A stretch of 54,710 nucleotides of DNA from Ministeria vibrans ATCC 50519. Taxonomy: Eukaryota > Protista > Filasterea. The notes under the pieces are model-generated. The model searched no databases. It had not been told where the DNA came from and saw nothing but the letters and a program-made list of their open reading frames with translations. Location of the stretch: NCBI GenBank assembly GCA_943704425.1, contig CALSCP010002373.1:1-54710 (forward strand), written 5' to 3'. Shown in pieces: positions 37,483 to 50,800 of this stretch. The position numbers and the translations under genes were made by a program. How positions within the stretch are numbered: position 1 is the stretch's first letter; each line of letters starts with the position of its first letter.

Positions 37483-38877
37483 ATGGACCTCAAGACGAGG
37501 AAGCTGCTGCGGAAGCAGAATGCTGTGTATGAAACGGTGAATGCGTCTATCCGAGCCATCCGTCAAGAGGCATTCGAACGGTTTCGCAATCTTCTCTTGA
37601 GAAATCAGCATTGCCTCCCAGGAACGGTGGATGCCGTCCATCGCGCTGGTTCAACGGCCAAAGCAACAGACATTTGGAAGTCTGACGTGGACATCGTCAT
37701 CGCGTTTAATGATTTGGCGCCACAGAAAATTGCGCAGTGGATGAGCCGCGCACTCGACGGAATCGAAGCAGTGCTCCAGCTCGACGAAGAGTTCCCGTGT
37801 CGTCGACGCGACGAATTTCTGATATCGTGCTTCTACAAGAAAGGCGGCATTCTGTGCGAAATGGATCTTTTGCCAACATGTCGTATTGAAGGAATGCGGC
37901 AATTGAGCCTACTTCCTCATGAAAAGTAAGGAAAGATTTATTCACAATAATAATAATAATAATAATAATAATAATTATTATTATTACGTCTTTGTTAGTT
38001 ATGACTTCAATAATTAACCCAAATTTATGATTATTTTTTTGTGCTTTAGGTACTACGACGTTGCAATGACGGCTGAGTTGAAATCAGTGATATCGACAAT
38101 GAGATATAGTCCGCCAAAGTGGCGCCGCCATTGCAAGACAGTGGTGAAGGTTCTGAAGCGAGTTTTGGCGCGTGACATCAAAGGTGAGAAGTACTGCTCC
38201 TTCTTGTGCGAACTCGTCACCATGCATGCGGCTCAGTCACTTCGAGATTCCCAACATCGATGCGTGATGTATGAGGACCTTCTCATGCGAGTGGTTCAAT
38301 ACTTGGCGCACCCTGAGCGCCTTCATATCACATGGGGACATGCGTCGAAACACGCGCCTGAGCTGCCTCTCGTTCTTCTACCAAGCACAGCCGTGTACAA
38401 AAACGTCTGCAAAAACCTTGAGAAAAAGTGGCCCGACAGTGCCAAAAGACTGATGGAAAAGATCTTGAATGACCCCAGTCAATTGTTGGGTGCGTGTAAT
38501 TATTTAGGACTCAACGTACTCGCGTGAAAATTAATACTGTTCTTCCTTTCTCTGTAGATCAAGTCGCGCTCGCGGAAGACACGGAGTGGATTTTCGATTT
38601 GGCAGTTGAAAATGAGTCCCCATCAGCGTGCACAATGCTGTTGCTCCAGCACAAAAGAGAGAGCGCGAAAGCGACGGCACGCAGGGAGGCGCAGCTTTAC
38701 AAGGCGAGACAGCGCGCCCAGCTGACACTCGATTCGGACACAGACTCGAGCTCGTCTGATGCCGATTCATGCGATTCGGGTTCCGAGGAGATGTACATGT
38801 CCGACGTACGCGTCGACTGGAGAAGCAAAGAGGAGCCGGAATGGAGCAGTGATGGCGCTGGGTGTGTAATCTCGTAA
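37483..38877 (+). CDS. 2'-5' oligoadenylate synthetase-like nucleotidyltransferase (OAS/cGAS superfamily), about 400 aa, three exons
   Basis: Exons 37483-37925, 38050-38489 and 38558-38877 splice in frame; AGSTAKAT...SDVDIVI, a third Asp in EMDLLP, and OAS1_C-like KTVVKVLK, SFLCELVTMHA, LHITW and PLVLLPS...KNV. Confidence 0.8.
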
Positions 38878-39743
38878 AGACCCTTCCTCATCAATCAGTC
38901 TGAGAATCCGTGACCCGTGTACATCAGAAACCGTCACAACCCACAAACTAACTACGACCTACGTCGATGTATTTACGAAGTAATCACAAGAAGGGAACAC
39001 TTGGGTTGGGTAATTCGGGTGAATTTCGAGACTCTACGTAGGTAGTGAGTGATCTTTATCAACGTAGAGGTCGAGGTTCCGAACGAGGCAGCCACGCCGG
39101 TCTAGGCTCCGTAGGCCCCCGCTTTAACTTTTATTAGCAATTACGGCGGCGTTTAGTACGAAGTCGGAATAAATGACTCAAATCCGTACTGCTGTGCGTG
39201 CCATAGTCATGATCACCGAGTCTCTGAGTAATAACTGTATCAACTGATAGATGTAAGATGAATTTAGATGATAGACTCAGATAGAGGGCCAATAATGTCG
39301 TCTTTGGCGAATATGCACGGGCCACCGTCACGCCACCGTTTCGATCGGCAAAGTTTGACTGAGTCTGACTAACCTGAGAGTGAGTAGAGTATAACTGTCT
39401 GAACTCTGATCAGACCACTCATCCTTCTCTCTTTTACTATGACGTCGGTTCAGGATCTGACTTACGGCCGTGCTGCCATGCCGTTCACCCCCGAGCACGA
39501 CGAGCTCACGACTCGAAGGTACGAAATGAAATCCAACGCGTGAAACCAAAAGCACAAGCGAAAAACACGGCCACGCCTTGCGCCTGCGACCTGCCTCCCC
39601 TCCCGTCCCAATCCCCAGTCGGATCGTGACAGTACACTCGTCACACTGAGGATTTGCCCTACTTTTGTTCTTTCTCTCTCTCTCTTTTTTTTTTTTTTTT
39701 TTTTTTTTTTGCTTTTTTGATAATAATATTGTTTTATGTATAG

Positions 39744-40432
39744 TTGTCGAAGAGCGTCTCATGCAAAAGTACAAGAGTGTGGTCAAGCTTGTATCACAGC
39801 TTCAACAGGTAATAAATGTCAAAGGATGCACAGCAATGACTATGGTGTGTTTCTGTAGTCTTTCTCCGCTGTCCTCTCAAAGGCCCACAGACTCGACCAG
39901 GTCACGCAGAACCACGAGAAAATGAAAGAAAGCGAAACAGAGAAAGTCATCAGCAAAGGTACAGTAACACACGATTAAGAGATAATAATTATACTATAAT
40001 TAAAATAATAATATTATTTTTCAATATAGAACTGGCAAGCACTCAAACGAGTGCTCACAGCACAGCACACCCCACTCCACAGCCCATCGCCGCCACTACA
40101 CCTGCCACTCCCACTCATCCTACTACTACGACTACTGCAACTTCATCCACGGCAAGTGCGTCGGCGGAAACGCGTCGTTTGCGTCGCACCATTGCCCGCA
40201 AACTCCGCTCCAACTCTGCTTCCCCTTACGTTCGCTAAAACTCCCATATTACAACCTTTTTCTCTCTTTTATTATATTATTACTATTACATACGCACCCT
40301 CTCTCTCTCTCTCTATCACTTTGTATCTTTCTCTCTCTCTATCACTTTGTATCGTTCTTTTCTTTCTCTCTATCACTTTGTTTCTCTCTCTCTCTCTATC
40401 ACTTTGTATCGTTCTTTTCTTTCTCTATCACT

Positions 40433-40513
<81 letters not shown>

Positions 40514-41500
40514 TCTCTTTATCAATTTGTTTCTTTCTCCTCTCTCTCTGCATACACACATTGTGACTAATCGTGTGGTGGTGTTTGGTGATAGACGCAC
40601 TGCCGGACCTGACGCCAAGTACGCGACGGCGGACGACGATGATGCGGCGGTGGTCTGCGGCGGCACTGGATGCGCGCGAGGTCGACTGGAAAACCATTCG
40701 CATTCCGTCCCTCATTCCCCTGAGCAAACTTAAACTGCGCACGGCCGACGACCGTCGCAATCCTGAGATGGACTATTATGCACAATTGAAGAAGAAGAAG
40801 AAGAAGAAGGTAAAATGGTTATGCAGGGAGAGAATGAAAAGAAATGAGCAATTCTCAATGGTGTATTTGTGTAGCAATCGAGCGACGACGCATTTGCTGT
40901 GCTGGATCAGATGAGCGTGGGACACCCGACAGAAGTGCAGCATTTGAATCACGCCGAGAAGGACTCACGCAGTGGAAAGGTACCGTTCAATTCTCAAGTG
41001 CGTCTTTCATGCTTTGCTTTTGCATTGTAGATTTTGGGACTGCCAACGTCAATGCATATTGCATATGTGCGACTGCAGAACGGAACATCGGGTCCCGTAA
41101 TGCCTGCTCAGCTGAGTTTTGGAGCACCTGCCATTCCCGTACCCGCAGACACACTATATTCGCCCTTCTATTCACTTACACTATCCTCTCCGCGTAGGAG
41201 GACGATGGGCCGTCGTTAAGTAAGAAGGAAAAGAAGAAGCTCAAGAAGAGTGTAAGTGCGGGTGATGGAGCTACTGCGTCTACCAAGGTATCATCAAACT
41301 TGATTTTGATCACACTTTACTGACTGTGCGCTTCACTCTTGTTGTGCAGGAGCGAAAGAAGGCGCAGAAGGAAGAAGAGAAGAAAATGCGACGGGCGGCG
41401 AGTAGTGCGGACGACTTAGTGAAGGGGAAGAAGAAGAAGAACAAGAAGGGGAAGGGAGCGGAGGAGGAGGAAGATGTATGACTTCACGCACGGACGCAAT
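39744..41500 (+). CDS. Hypothetical multi-exon coding sequence(s), possibly pieces of two genes either side of a CT tract
   Basis: Chain of GT-AG-bounded exons (coiled-coil, Thr-rich and Lys/Glu-rich); no family recognised. Confidence 0.45.
40298..40550. repeat. (CT)n tract with embedded TATCACTTTGT units
   Basis: Directly visible. Confidence 0.9.
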
Positions 41501-41834
41501 ACACGCAATCGTAGATATAGATTTAAATTTATATCTGACTGTGTTGTTGAGCAGAACTATTCTATCATTCAGATGTATCCGCAACAGAAGAAAATATAAT
41601 AATAAAAATATTTATTATAATAATTTATTATAAGTATTTATCAACTAAAATTATACTAGTGGGTCGAGAAGTCTACTGCGGAAGTATTGCGCGGCTCTTT
41701 GTTTTGTATATTGCAATAAATTGTGTTTACACCAATTACACGCCTTGATCGTTGATTGTCAGTGTGTTTGATTCAAATGATTTTTCACTCTGATTATTTC
41801 TGATATTCATTTTCACAATAATTGCGTCTTATTC

Positions 41835-43929
41835 ATGTCCCAACCGCCGATCACACAGTTCTTTGGGAAGCCCAAGACGTCACGGGCTGCGGCAGCTGCA
41901 GCAGCTTCCACAGCTGCAACGACCACGACAGCGACAAGCACCCCAGCAGCGAGCAGCTTTGGCGGAGGCGCAACTGAACGTTTGGCGACGGACACAAAAG
42001 ACGTTGCGACGACTGCTGAGGAAACGCGCGAGAGCGACGAGTCGCCCACGCTAGGCATGGAAATGCACGATGACGATGCAGACGACGACGAGGAAATGAC
42101 GTATGCGGAGGAGGCGGAGGAGGCGAGCGGAGGGGAGGACGAGGCGGATGCGGACGAGGAGGAGTGCAGTGACAGTGTCGAGGGGGCCGACCTGACCCTT
42201 CCGTACAACTACGACGAGGAGTACAGCAACGACGCCGTGCTCAGCCAGGAGCCGGTCGTTGTCGAGCACAATATGACGCCCATCTTGACCCATCTTGGAC
42301 ATGTTCCGCTTGCGTCTACCGCCACACACACAGTCCTCAACAGCGGCCACACGACGGCTGCCGCACACGATTACTGGGACAAGGATCACGTACGCATGCC
42401 CAACTCGAGTCACAACCGCTATCCGCCGTCGTATGGGCGTCGCGAGTCGCGCTGGGCGACCATTGAGCGCAAACTGCGCACTACCCTTGTCAACGGTCCA
42501 ACCGACCTGGCGGCGCTCATTGGCTCGTTCACCAGCCGTACCGTGTCCTTTGATGGTCTATGTCACTTTTTTCGTGACCAAGGTCGAACGCTTAAACGCG
42601 ACTTTTTCACCACGACTCTTCCCAAAATGGTAACACTGGCGCTGCGCATTGGCCAACTGTTTCCCTCGGGCATTCCTCTGCTCTGCACCAACCGCACTCA
42701 CTCGCTCACCATGTCACAGCAACAAGCAGCTTGTCTGCTCACTCATGCCTTCTTCTGCACATTCCCCTTACGCTCGCGTGACCGTTGCCATCGCGACCAT
42801 CTTCCATCCATCAACTTCGATCGTCTCTTTGCTGACCAGAGCGACGTCAACGCTGCCAAACTACATGCTCTCATCACATATTTTACGCGCGTCACCGAAT
42901 CGCCTCCTGTCGGAGCACTCACATTCGAGCGAATTGCGTTGGAGTACGCGGCGGGAACGCGTCTCACAGACTGGCAGGAGCTACGCGTGCCTCTGAGCCC
43001 CGTCACTGTCCGCGTCTCCGGAACCATTGAGGACTGTGCCGCCAACCTGGCACACGCCGACTTTGCCAACAAGATCATTGGCGGCGGTGTGCTTTCGCAC
43101 GGTGCTGTCCAGGAGGAAATCCTCTTTCTTATCAAACCCGAACTCATTGTGGCCCGTCTCATTACCCCTGAGCTTCTCTCTACCGAAGCCCTACTCATTT
43201 TCGGCGCAGAGGTATGTCTTGTGTTTTGTTTTCATGGTTTTGTTTTTCATTTTGTGTTTGTGTGGTAGCGGTTCTCGGAGTACAGTGGTTATGCAAGCAC
43301 ATTCCGGTTTGCAGGGCAACATCACGACCTGACTCCACTCGACCCGCACAACAGAAGGTCACTCACTCCACTCACTCACCCACACTCAATGACTACTGAC
43401 AGTGCAGTACTGTCACCGGCACACCACTAAATCACACCCATTTTCACTCGATGCTTGCCATTGATTGCGGTCACCTGCTCATTGACGCCGCTCATCTCTC
43501 CCTCACGCACTCACTCACTTACTCACACACACTCACACTGTCATCTCTAACCCTCCCTTTCCTCTTTGACTGCGTAGGACTAGTGCCGTCATTGGAATTG
43601 ATGCAATGGTCTTCCGTTCGCTTTCTGATCAGCTCACTCCCAAAAGTATTCTCAGAGAACTCAACAAAGTAAGGAATTTTAAATCAGAAAAAGTTTATTG
43701 TTGGAAATGATGTCATAATACCAGACAACCTCACTCACAAATTCGCATTTACTCTCTCCTTTTCTTTCTCTCTCACACACACTAGGCATACGCTGGATTC
43801 CAGAATACGCTGGGCAGTGCAATGGACGGCACAATGGCAGTGCGCACCCGCTCGCCCATTGCGACGGGAAATTGGGGCTGCGGAGCGTTTGGCGGTGATC
43901 GCATGACCAAATTCATTCTCCAGTGGATT
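41835..43929 (+). CDS. PARG: Poly(ADP-ribose) glycohydrolase; last exon(s) not seen
   Basis: DFANKIIGGGVLSHGAVQEEILF (GGG-x-QEE catalytic motif), AFFCTFP, RELNKAYAGF and IATGNWGCGAFGGD. Confidence 0.93.
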
Positions 43930-43984
43930 GTATGCTTCATCTCTTCATTGCTACATCGTCTCATAATCACTCTCTCATTCATTT

Positions 43985-44069
43985 CGTTTCTCTTTCTCTC
44001 TCTCTCTATCGCTTATTTCTTTCTCCTCTCTCTCTCTATCACTTTGTTTCTTTCTCCTCTCTCTCTCTC

Positions 44070-44158
<89 letters not shown>

Positions 44159-44165
44159 CTCTATT
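43985..44165. repeat. (CT)n tract between the PARG and FYVE exons
   Basis: Directly visible. Confidence 0.9.
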
Positions 44166-44209
44166 TCTTTTCCACACGCGCACGCTCTCACCTTGTGAAT
44201 GCCGTTTAG

Positions 44210-44576
44210 GTGGAAGTGTCTTCGGACGAGTTGTCCAGTCGGCGTGAACGCGCCGACACGGACGCACTGAGTCTGGGGAGCTCGCTCACCCGCCAGGTCG
44301 ACCAGCATCAGACCTGTCATGAATGCGACCAGACATTTAATTTTTTGCGACGCAAGGTGTGTCAGTGAATGTGCTTTGTGCCATCTCACTCACTGTCTCT
44401 CCTTCCTTTATATATATAGCACTACTGTCGCTCTTGTGGAAACGACTTTTGCGGAAAGTGCTGCTCCAAAGAGGTCGTACGTGCCTTCCTCGGCGCCACT
44501 GCACCCGAGGCCTTTGAGCAGACCGTCCGTGTTTGCAACTCCTGCTTTGATGAGCTCACAACCAAATCATTTTGAC
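44210..44576 (+). CDS. C-terminal FYVE-domain exons, protrudin/ZFYVE27-like
   Basis: CHECDQTFNFLRRK|HYCRSCGNDFCGKCCS...GATAPEA...VRVCNSC; from memory, GATAPEA is typical of protrudin FYVE domains. Confidence 0.7.
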
Positions 44577-44834
44577 TGGCAATCTTTGCTTCTTGTATGC
44601 CGAACGTGTAAATTAGAATCCATTAGAATTGAGTTTGCGGCTCTTTTCATCATTAATTTCACTTCTTCATTCTTCATTCTCAAGTTAATTTCTCTCTTGT
44701 GCCTTTTGTCTGATCACTCGCCCGGAAAGTCAAGTCAAACTGTCAAAGATTTAACTCTCTTTTCTTCCTTATTCGCTGTCTGTCCCCCCTTTTGCCTCGT
44801 CTCGCGTGCGTGCCCCTTCCCTGATACGCCCACC

Positions 44835-47800
44835 ATGGGTACGAAAGCAACCGTTCTCCTTTCACATCTTGCCCATCATTGAACTTGCCCGCCTCCCTCC
44901 CTCCTCCCTCCTCCCTCTCTCTCTCTTTCCCTGTCTCCCCGCCTCGGCTCCTCTTCCTCTCACTCCTCCCCTGTTCTTTCGTAGATGCGTTGAAGCGGGG
45001 CTACCTCAAGACGGCAGCGCTTGGCGGCGCAAGTCAACAAAACGCCCTGACCCGAGCCATCATGGACGAAAAACGCGTCTACCTCGGCATCGCTGGCACC
45101 GTCAAGGCGCGATCAGTAGGTTAGTTGGCCCCTCGTCTTCCCCTTGCGGCCCCTCGCGACTGCCTTCTTGGCGCTCTCCTTTTTCCCTTTCAAACATGTC
45201 ATAAAACAATTTCCCTTTCATTTTTTCACACGTAATTGGTGGCATCCCTTCCAATGCATCGCCCCTGCCCGCTGCGCCGCGCCGCGCCACTCGCCGCCTC
45301 GCGTCCATTGCCTTACGTGCGCGCCACTTCAACTGCCCTCCTCCTAAGTCTTTCCACTCTGTGTCGTCAGCATTCAATATTCTTTTTTTTTTTTGCCTTT
45401 CGTCGCTTCTTTCCGTTCCCTTGCACCACATTTCTGCCCCATCGCTTGACTTTCCTTGCATTTTGCTCATCCTCATCCCTTTCCGTGCTGTCGTAGCCTT
45501 GCAGAGTCTCGTCAAATGGACGCGCAAAGAGGAAAACGACACTCTGCGAGACATCTTTTTGAACGCAGCCGAACTTGACAAGCTCTGGGCGGACGTTCAA
45601 ATGGAGTTTGCCGAACGCTACCTCGACTACCGGCGGGCCTACAAGGACATTCGGGAGCACGAAAAGGCTCTCGGCCGCTACCGAAAGACACGTGACGCGT
45701 GCGAGAAGAAGGTTGCTAAGGCACAGGGCGATCTCGATCGGGCCATCAAGAAGAAAGACGACGCCCGTGTGACCGCCCTCGAAATCGAACTCGACTGTGC
45801 TCGCGAGCAGTATCGCGTCGCCGATGTCGAGTTCGAGGAGAAATACCGTGAACTCGAGTCGTTCAAGGGTTCTGCCGTGCGCACTGCCCTCACCGATCTC
45901 AGCGACGCCTACATCGACATGGCCGACAAGTGCTCGACGCTCTTCAAGTCTCACAAAGAGTTCCTCGCCGACGATCACCACACAAGCAGCGCCAGTGCCA
46001 CCACCGCGTCAATCACATCCACTACCACCCCATCTGCCACCGCAAACAGCACTGGGAGCGCATCTACCCCCTCTGATGGGAACTCCTCGAGCCTCTCGAC
46101 GCCCCCCTCCACCTCGTCCATGACCTCCAATGCCCAGAGACGCATTAATGAACTGCGTGCTCGCATTCCCGTTCATCACCAGCGACATCGCTCCGAGTAC
46201 TTTGAGGACCTTGACGATCTGACGGGCGGCGCTGCAACCGACGACGACGATGGCGACGGAAGCAACACATCCCGTGACTCAACCTCGAATCGTACCAAAC
46301 TGGCGAGTGTTTCGTCGAGCTCCGCGACGGCCGTCGCGTCGTCACGGCCGCGTCCACGCACCCCTACCAACCGCCCTCGCTCGTGCAGTCAATCTTCGAT
46401 GCTTTCTCGCGACAGCGCCTCCGCGTCCGACACAACCCACGCCACACCGCCACACTCTCCCTCCACCGCTCGTACCCACATGAGCCGCCGTGTCACCGAT
46501 GCCATGCGCTCTCCGCCCTCTACTCGGGCCGACGGCGCGTCGCCGCTGCTCGCCGAAGTTCACGCAAAAAACCTCATGCGCTCGGCGGCCGCCGCGGATG
46601 CCAACAACAAAGTTCCCCTCTCCAACGCCATCACCGACTCCCTAAATGCCAACACATCGCCCTCTTCCTCTTCGTCGTCCCCCGCAGCCGCCTCAACGCC
46701 AGTGCCCAGTCTTGCGGCGGCCGCTGTTGCTGCTCGTCCCAACTCACCGGGTCTACCGCCTCGCACAGCCTCGCTGTCACCCCCGCCGTCGCCTGCAGCC
46801 TCGCGCGACCTCCTCAGCTCCGACACACGTCTCGGTCCGTCTGACTTGGCGCCCTCCCTACCAATCAAGCGCGTTAGTGTAGCGGGAACGGCCGAGCTGC
46901 GCCGTGGCGAGCGACCAAAACACCCGCCCCGCGCTACTCGCGGTCGAGAGCATGTTCGTTCCTGGAGCCTCGGTGGTGGTCCTGGTGAACTCGAACGCAT
47001 CACGCGCGGCGACATGGATGCCACTTCGTCACAGTCACCCTCGACCGCCAAACCGCCAGAGCAACAAACGCAGTCACAGCAGGAGGGAAGCCAGATGGTC
47101 TCCTACCATTCGCTGGGTGCCGTCAGCGCCAGTGGCAATAGCAATAGTGGTGGCAAGCCAAAGGGCCTCAAAAAGCGCATCGGGCGTCTATTTCGCGGCA
47201 AGACGGTCGACTCGACGTCCCCTTCCTCATCTCCCTCCTTCCCCGGACCCCCAGCAACCACTTCGCCCCCTACAGCGCATGTCAACGTATCTGCCTTTCC
47301 CACGCCACAACGTTCCGCCAGCATGGCTCCCTCGACGTCCGCGTTTGCTTCTAGTTCGCCCACCAAGTCCGCTGCCAAGCCCGCCCAGCAAGCACCCACG
47401 TTCTATTCGTCGGCAGGCGGTGCCGTTCCCGACGCCAAACGCCCTATTCTTCCTCCCAACTACAAGGCCGAGCTGCCACGCGACCGTTCGCAGTCCCTCG
47501 GCGCCTCCTCTCGCCTCCAGCTTCGACCTGGCCCTTCGCCTCTCGGTGCTTCCACTCAGCCCCAACAGCAACAACCACAGCGCCGACGTGCTCCCCCGCC
47601 TCCTGACCATCCTACTACATCGACCGCCCATCGTAACGCCGAGCGCACTACCAGCGCCGACGACGGTTCGCTTGCGTCGGCCCTCAAACGAGGCGGCTCC
47701 GTGCGTGGCGCCACCAATCCACGCGCGGCCGCTCGCATTGCCGAGAACACGGCGGCCGCTGTGGTGCAGAAGAAGGCGGAGGCAAACGCGGACGACATGG

Positions 47801-50800
47801 AAAAGGAGAAGGACTCGCTCCTGAAAATGGCCGTGTCCACCGACACGCTGCATGGAAATGAGTACAATCGCACGCGACGCTGGTCCTCCGATTTTACCGC
47901 AATCGACTCGGAGCTCCACGTCAAACTGGACGCCGTCAACGACGCGTGGCACCACGAAAATGGTGAGGATCTCGAGGAGGTCGATGATGACGACGATGAC
48001 GACGACGAAGGCGCCTACGTAGGCGGCGACTATGACTTCCACAATGACGACAATGATGATGATGATGATGACATTGACGACGCCCTAGACAGCATGTTGC
48101 GCGGTCGTGGTCGAGGCACTGACAGGGCAACGACCGGAACTAATTTGTCCCACGACTCCGAATCCCTCACGTCATCACTCTCCGAGTCGACTACTCCGTC
48201 GCACACGTCGCACGGCGGTGCCTCGCGCCAAGTTTCAACAGACCCCGTGGTGCGCTACAGTACCAGCGCACTGTCGTCGTCGTCAAACATTGCGGCTAGT
48301 CCGTCAAGCTCGCTCGCATCGCTCAACTCGTCCACCGTTGCCTCCGCGACCTCTCCTGGTGTTTCGCCCAAGTCAATCGGTCGTCCTGTGCCCGCTCCTC
48401 GTGTGGGTTCCACCGAGGATGCCAGCAAGCCGCCTGACCGTGCACTCTCGCCCACGCCGCAACCTCGTCCTGACCGTGCTCTCTCGCCCACGTCGCAGCC
48501 TCGTCCCGAACGTGCACTCTCGCCCACGCCGCAACCCCGTCCTGACCGTGCTCTCTCGCCCACGCCGCAACCTCGTCCTGACCGTGCTCTCTCGCCGTCC
48601 GAGGGCGACGCTGTGGTGCGCCGTCGATTTGGCGCCAAACAGGCACCGCCACGACCACGCAGCAGTGCGAGCGAGGCACTCCAGCGACTCCAACTCGACG
48701 TCAGTTCCGTCACCGAACACGAACGTTCATTCTACGAGGCGCTCGCCAACGCCCCGCCCGACGAGGACGAGGAGTCTATCGATGGTGTTGCTGAGGCCGC
48801 TGCGGCCGTTGCTGCTGCCGCCACTGCTGCCCTCAGCGCCGCCAAAGCTGCCCAGTCAGCCTCACCCGCCAAACTCGATCCCACGGCGCCTCCACTTGAA
48901 AAGCGTTCGCTCCCCGCACTTCCACCCCGCACCAACTTGTCGGCGGGTTCTCCGGGCCGTCTAATTTCGCCCCCTACCGTGGGCTCGTCGCACAACCGAC
49001 CAACCAATGCTGCCGAGGCACGCGCAGGCCTCCGCTCCACACCTGCAACGCCTCGCCCCACGTCTTTGAGCTCCGCTATGCGTGCCCCACCCTCCGCAGA
49101 CAAGCGTGCCGTACTTCCACCACGCGCTACCTTTCGCCCTGCCTCCATGACTTCTTCGGCACCGCCGCCGCGTCAGTCGCCCGTTCACGCCCCACCCGTG
49201 TCAAAGCGAGCCAGCGTGTCGCGTCGACGTTCCTCGCTCGATGGTAGCGTTTGCACGGCGGTCGTCGAGGAAGAGCCGCCGTCGACACCGCCCAAGCGTG
49301 GCTCGTTTGGTCACCGCCGTGGTTCGTCCATGGACAACAGTGCACTGGCAGCATCGTCGTCGCTCACGTTGGTTGGCACTCCGGATGCCGACGAACTCGA
49401 CTCTGTGGTCGAGAGGGCGTCATTGTCGTCGGAAGGCGTGGTCACTCGTGAACCCTCGTCGGCGTCACCTGCCGGCGGCAAAGATCCGGCGCCATCGAAA
49501 GAGCCACTGCGTATTGTCACCTCCTTGTCGAATGCTAGGCAACAAGACACAGACATTACTGCCGTGACGTCGGCCGCTACTACACCCCCGTCGTTGCCAG
49601 TCAAGCGACAAGGGTCGTCTTCGTCTGTTGTCTCCGGTCCTGGTGACTCACCCCGTGCCATTGTCTCGCCACGAACCCGCCCGACAAGCAACCCTGCGAG
49701 CTCGCCACCGCCACCGCTGCCGCCAGGCAAGCATCAGGTACTTCGTCGTCTCTCGCTCACGACCAACCAAAACCCCGAGCCGACCGCTACGAGCGGCACT
49801 AACAGCGGTGCAGCGCCTGCTCTCAGCACGGATTCTCGGCCGCCAGTGCCCCCTGGCAAAGACCGCGTTGCGAAGCAACTCTCGACGAGTGTGGACTCTT
49901 CGTCGGTGCTATCGTCGTCAGGCACGCCACCGCCTCTGCCCCCGGGCAAGGACAAGGTGTCACGACGACTGTCGCGTGCCAATGCCGATACGTCGCCCGT
50001 CTCGAGCGAGCGTCGCGCATCGCTAGAGATGGGCGCTGGCGTACCTCCCCCGTTGCCTGAGGGCAAAGAGAAGGTCTCAGCTTGTCTGTCAGCTGCGTCG
50101 TCGTTTTCGTCACCGCTCATCGACAGCACTGCTGCGAGTAATAGCACCGACAGCAACGCGACTTCCTCTGCACCTTTGACTAAACACCCAGCACTGCGCC
50201 GTCTCTCAATCGACGCGACTGCGACCTCGCCCTCTCCGCCACCGCCCGTGCCCGCTGGTAAGGACGCCGTTGCGAAGCGCCTCTCGGTGGACTCCTCCGC
50301 GTCGTCCGGTGCTCCTCCATTACCACCAGGCAAAGACAAGGTCGTCAAGCAGTTCGCGACTTCTGCCATCGCTGACACGGAAAAGGAGGAAGACGAAGAG
50401 CTAAATGAGGCAGCGAGTGTGAGCGACAAGGACACGGGGGAGGAGGAGGAGGAGGAGGAGGAGGAGATGGCAGCGTTGAAAGTCGGGCAGGCGAAGCCCG
50501 AGACTGCCTCTGACTCGTCTGCTTCTGCTGCTGATGAGGCTTACGAACACGACGCACCGGTGGCACTCGACGAGCCGTTTGCAGTGCGCAGCGTGGAACC
50601 AAGCTTGGACGACCTCTTTGAGCGACTAGACCGTCTTGCTGGCAAGGTACTGGCATCATCGCAGCTGTCGTCTGGCGACATGAGCACGAGTCGGGCGCGT
50701 GTGGCTGCCCGCATGGCCTCGGCGTCGCCCAAGGCAGACACGTCCACTGGCGCGAAGAAGACTGCTCTATCGCACGAAACAGCGAGCCCGCCACAGGCGG

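Noticed and set aside
29202-39291. 12-bp direct repeat GATAGAGGGCCA flanking the DDX60/OAS block as a target-site duplication
   Set aside because: Many chance 12-mer pairs are expected in 55 kb, and no terminal inverted repeats or transposase were seen.
38900-39470. Possible transposon remnant or ncRNA downstream of the OAS-like gene
   Set aside because: Composition looks atypical, but no terminal repeats, coding similarity or convincing fold could be supported by eye.
41835-44576. PARG-FYVE fusion as a novel protein
   Set aside because: PARG lacks its final helices, the FYVE looks like the end of protrudin, and the join lies in a (CT)n tract, so a misassembly is more likely.
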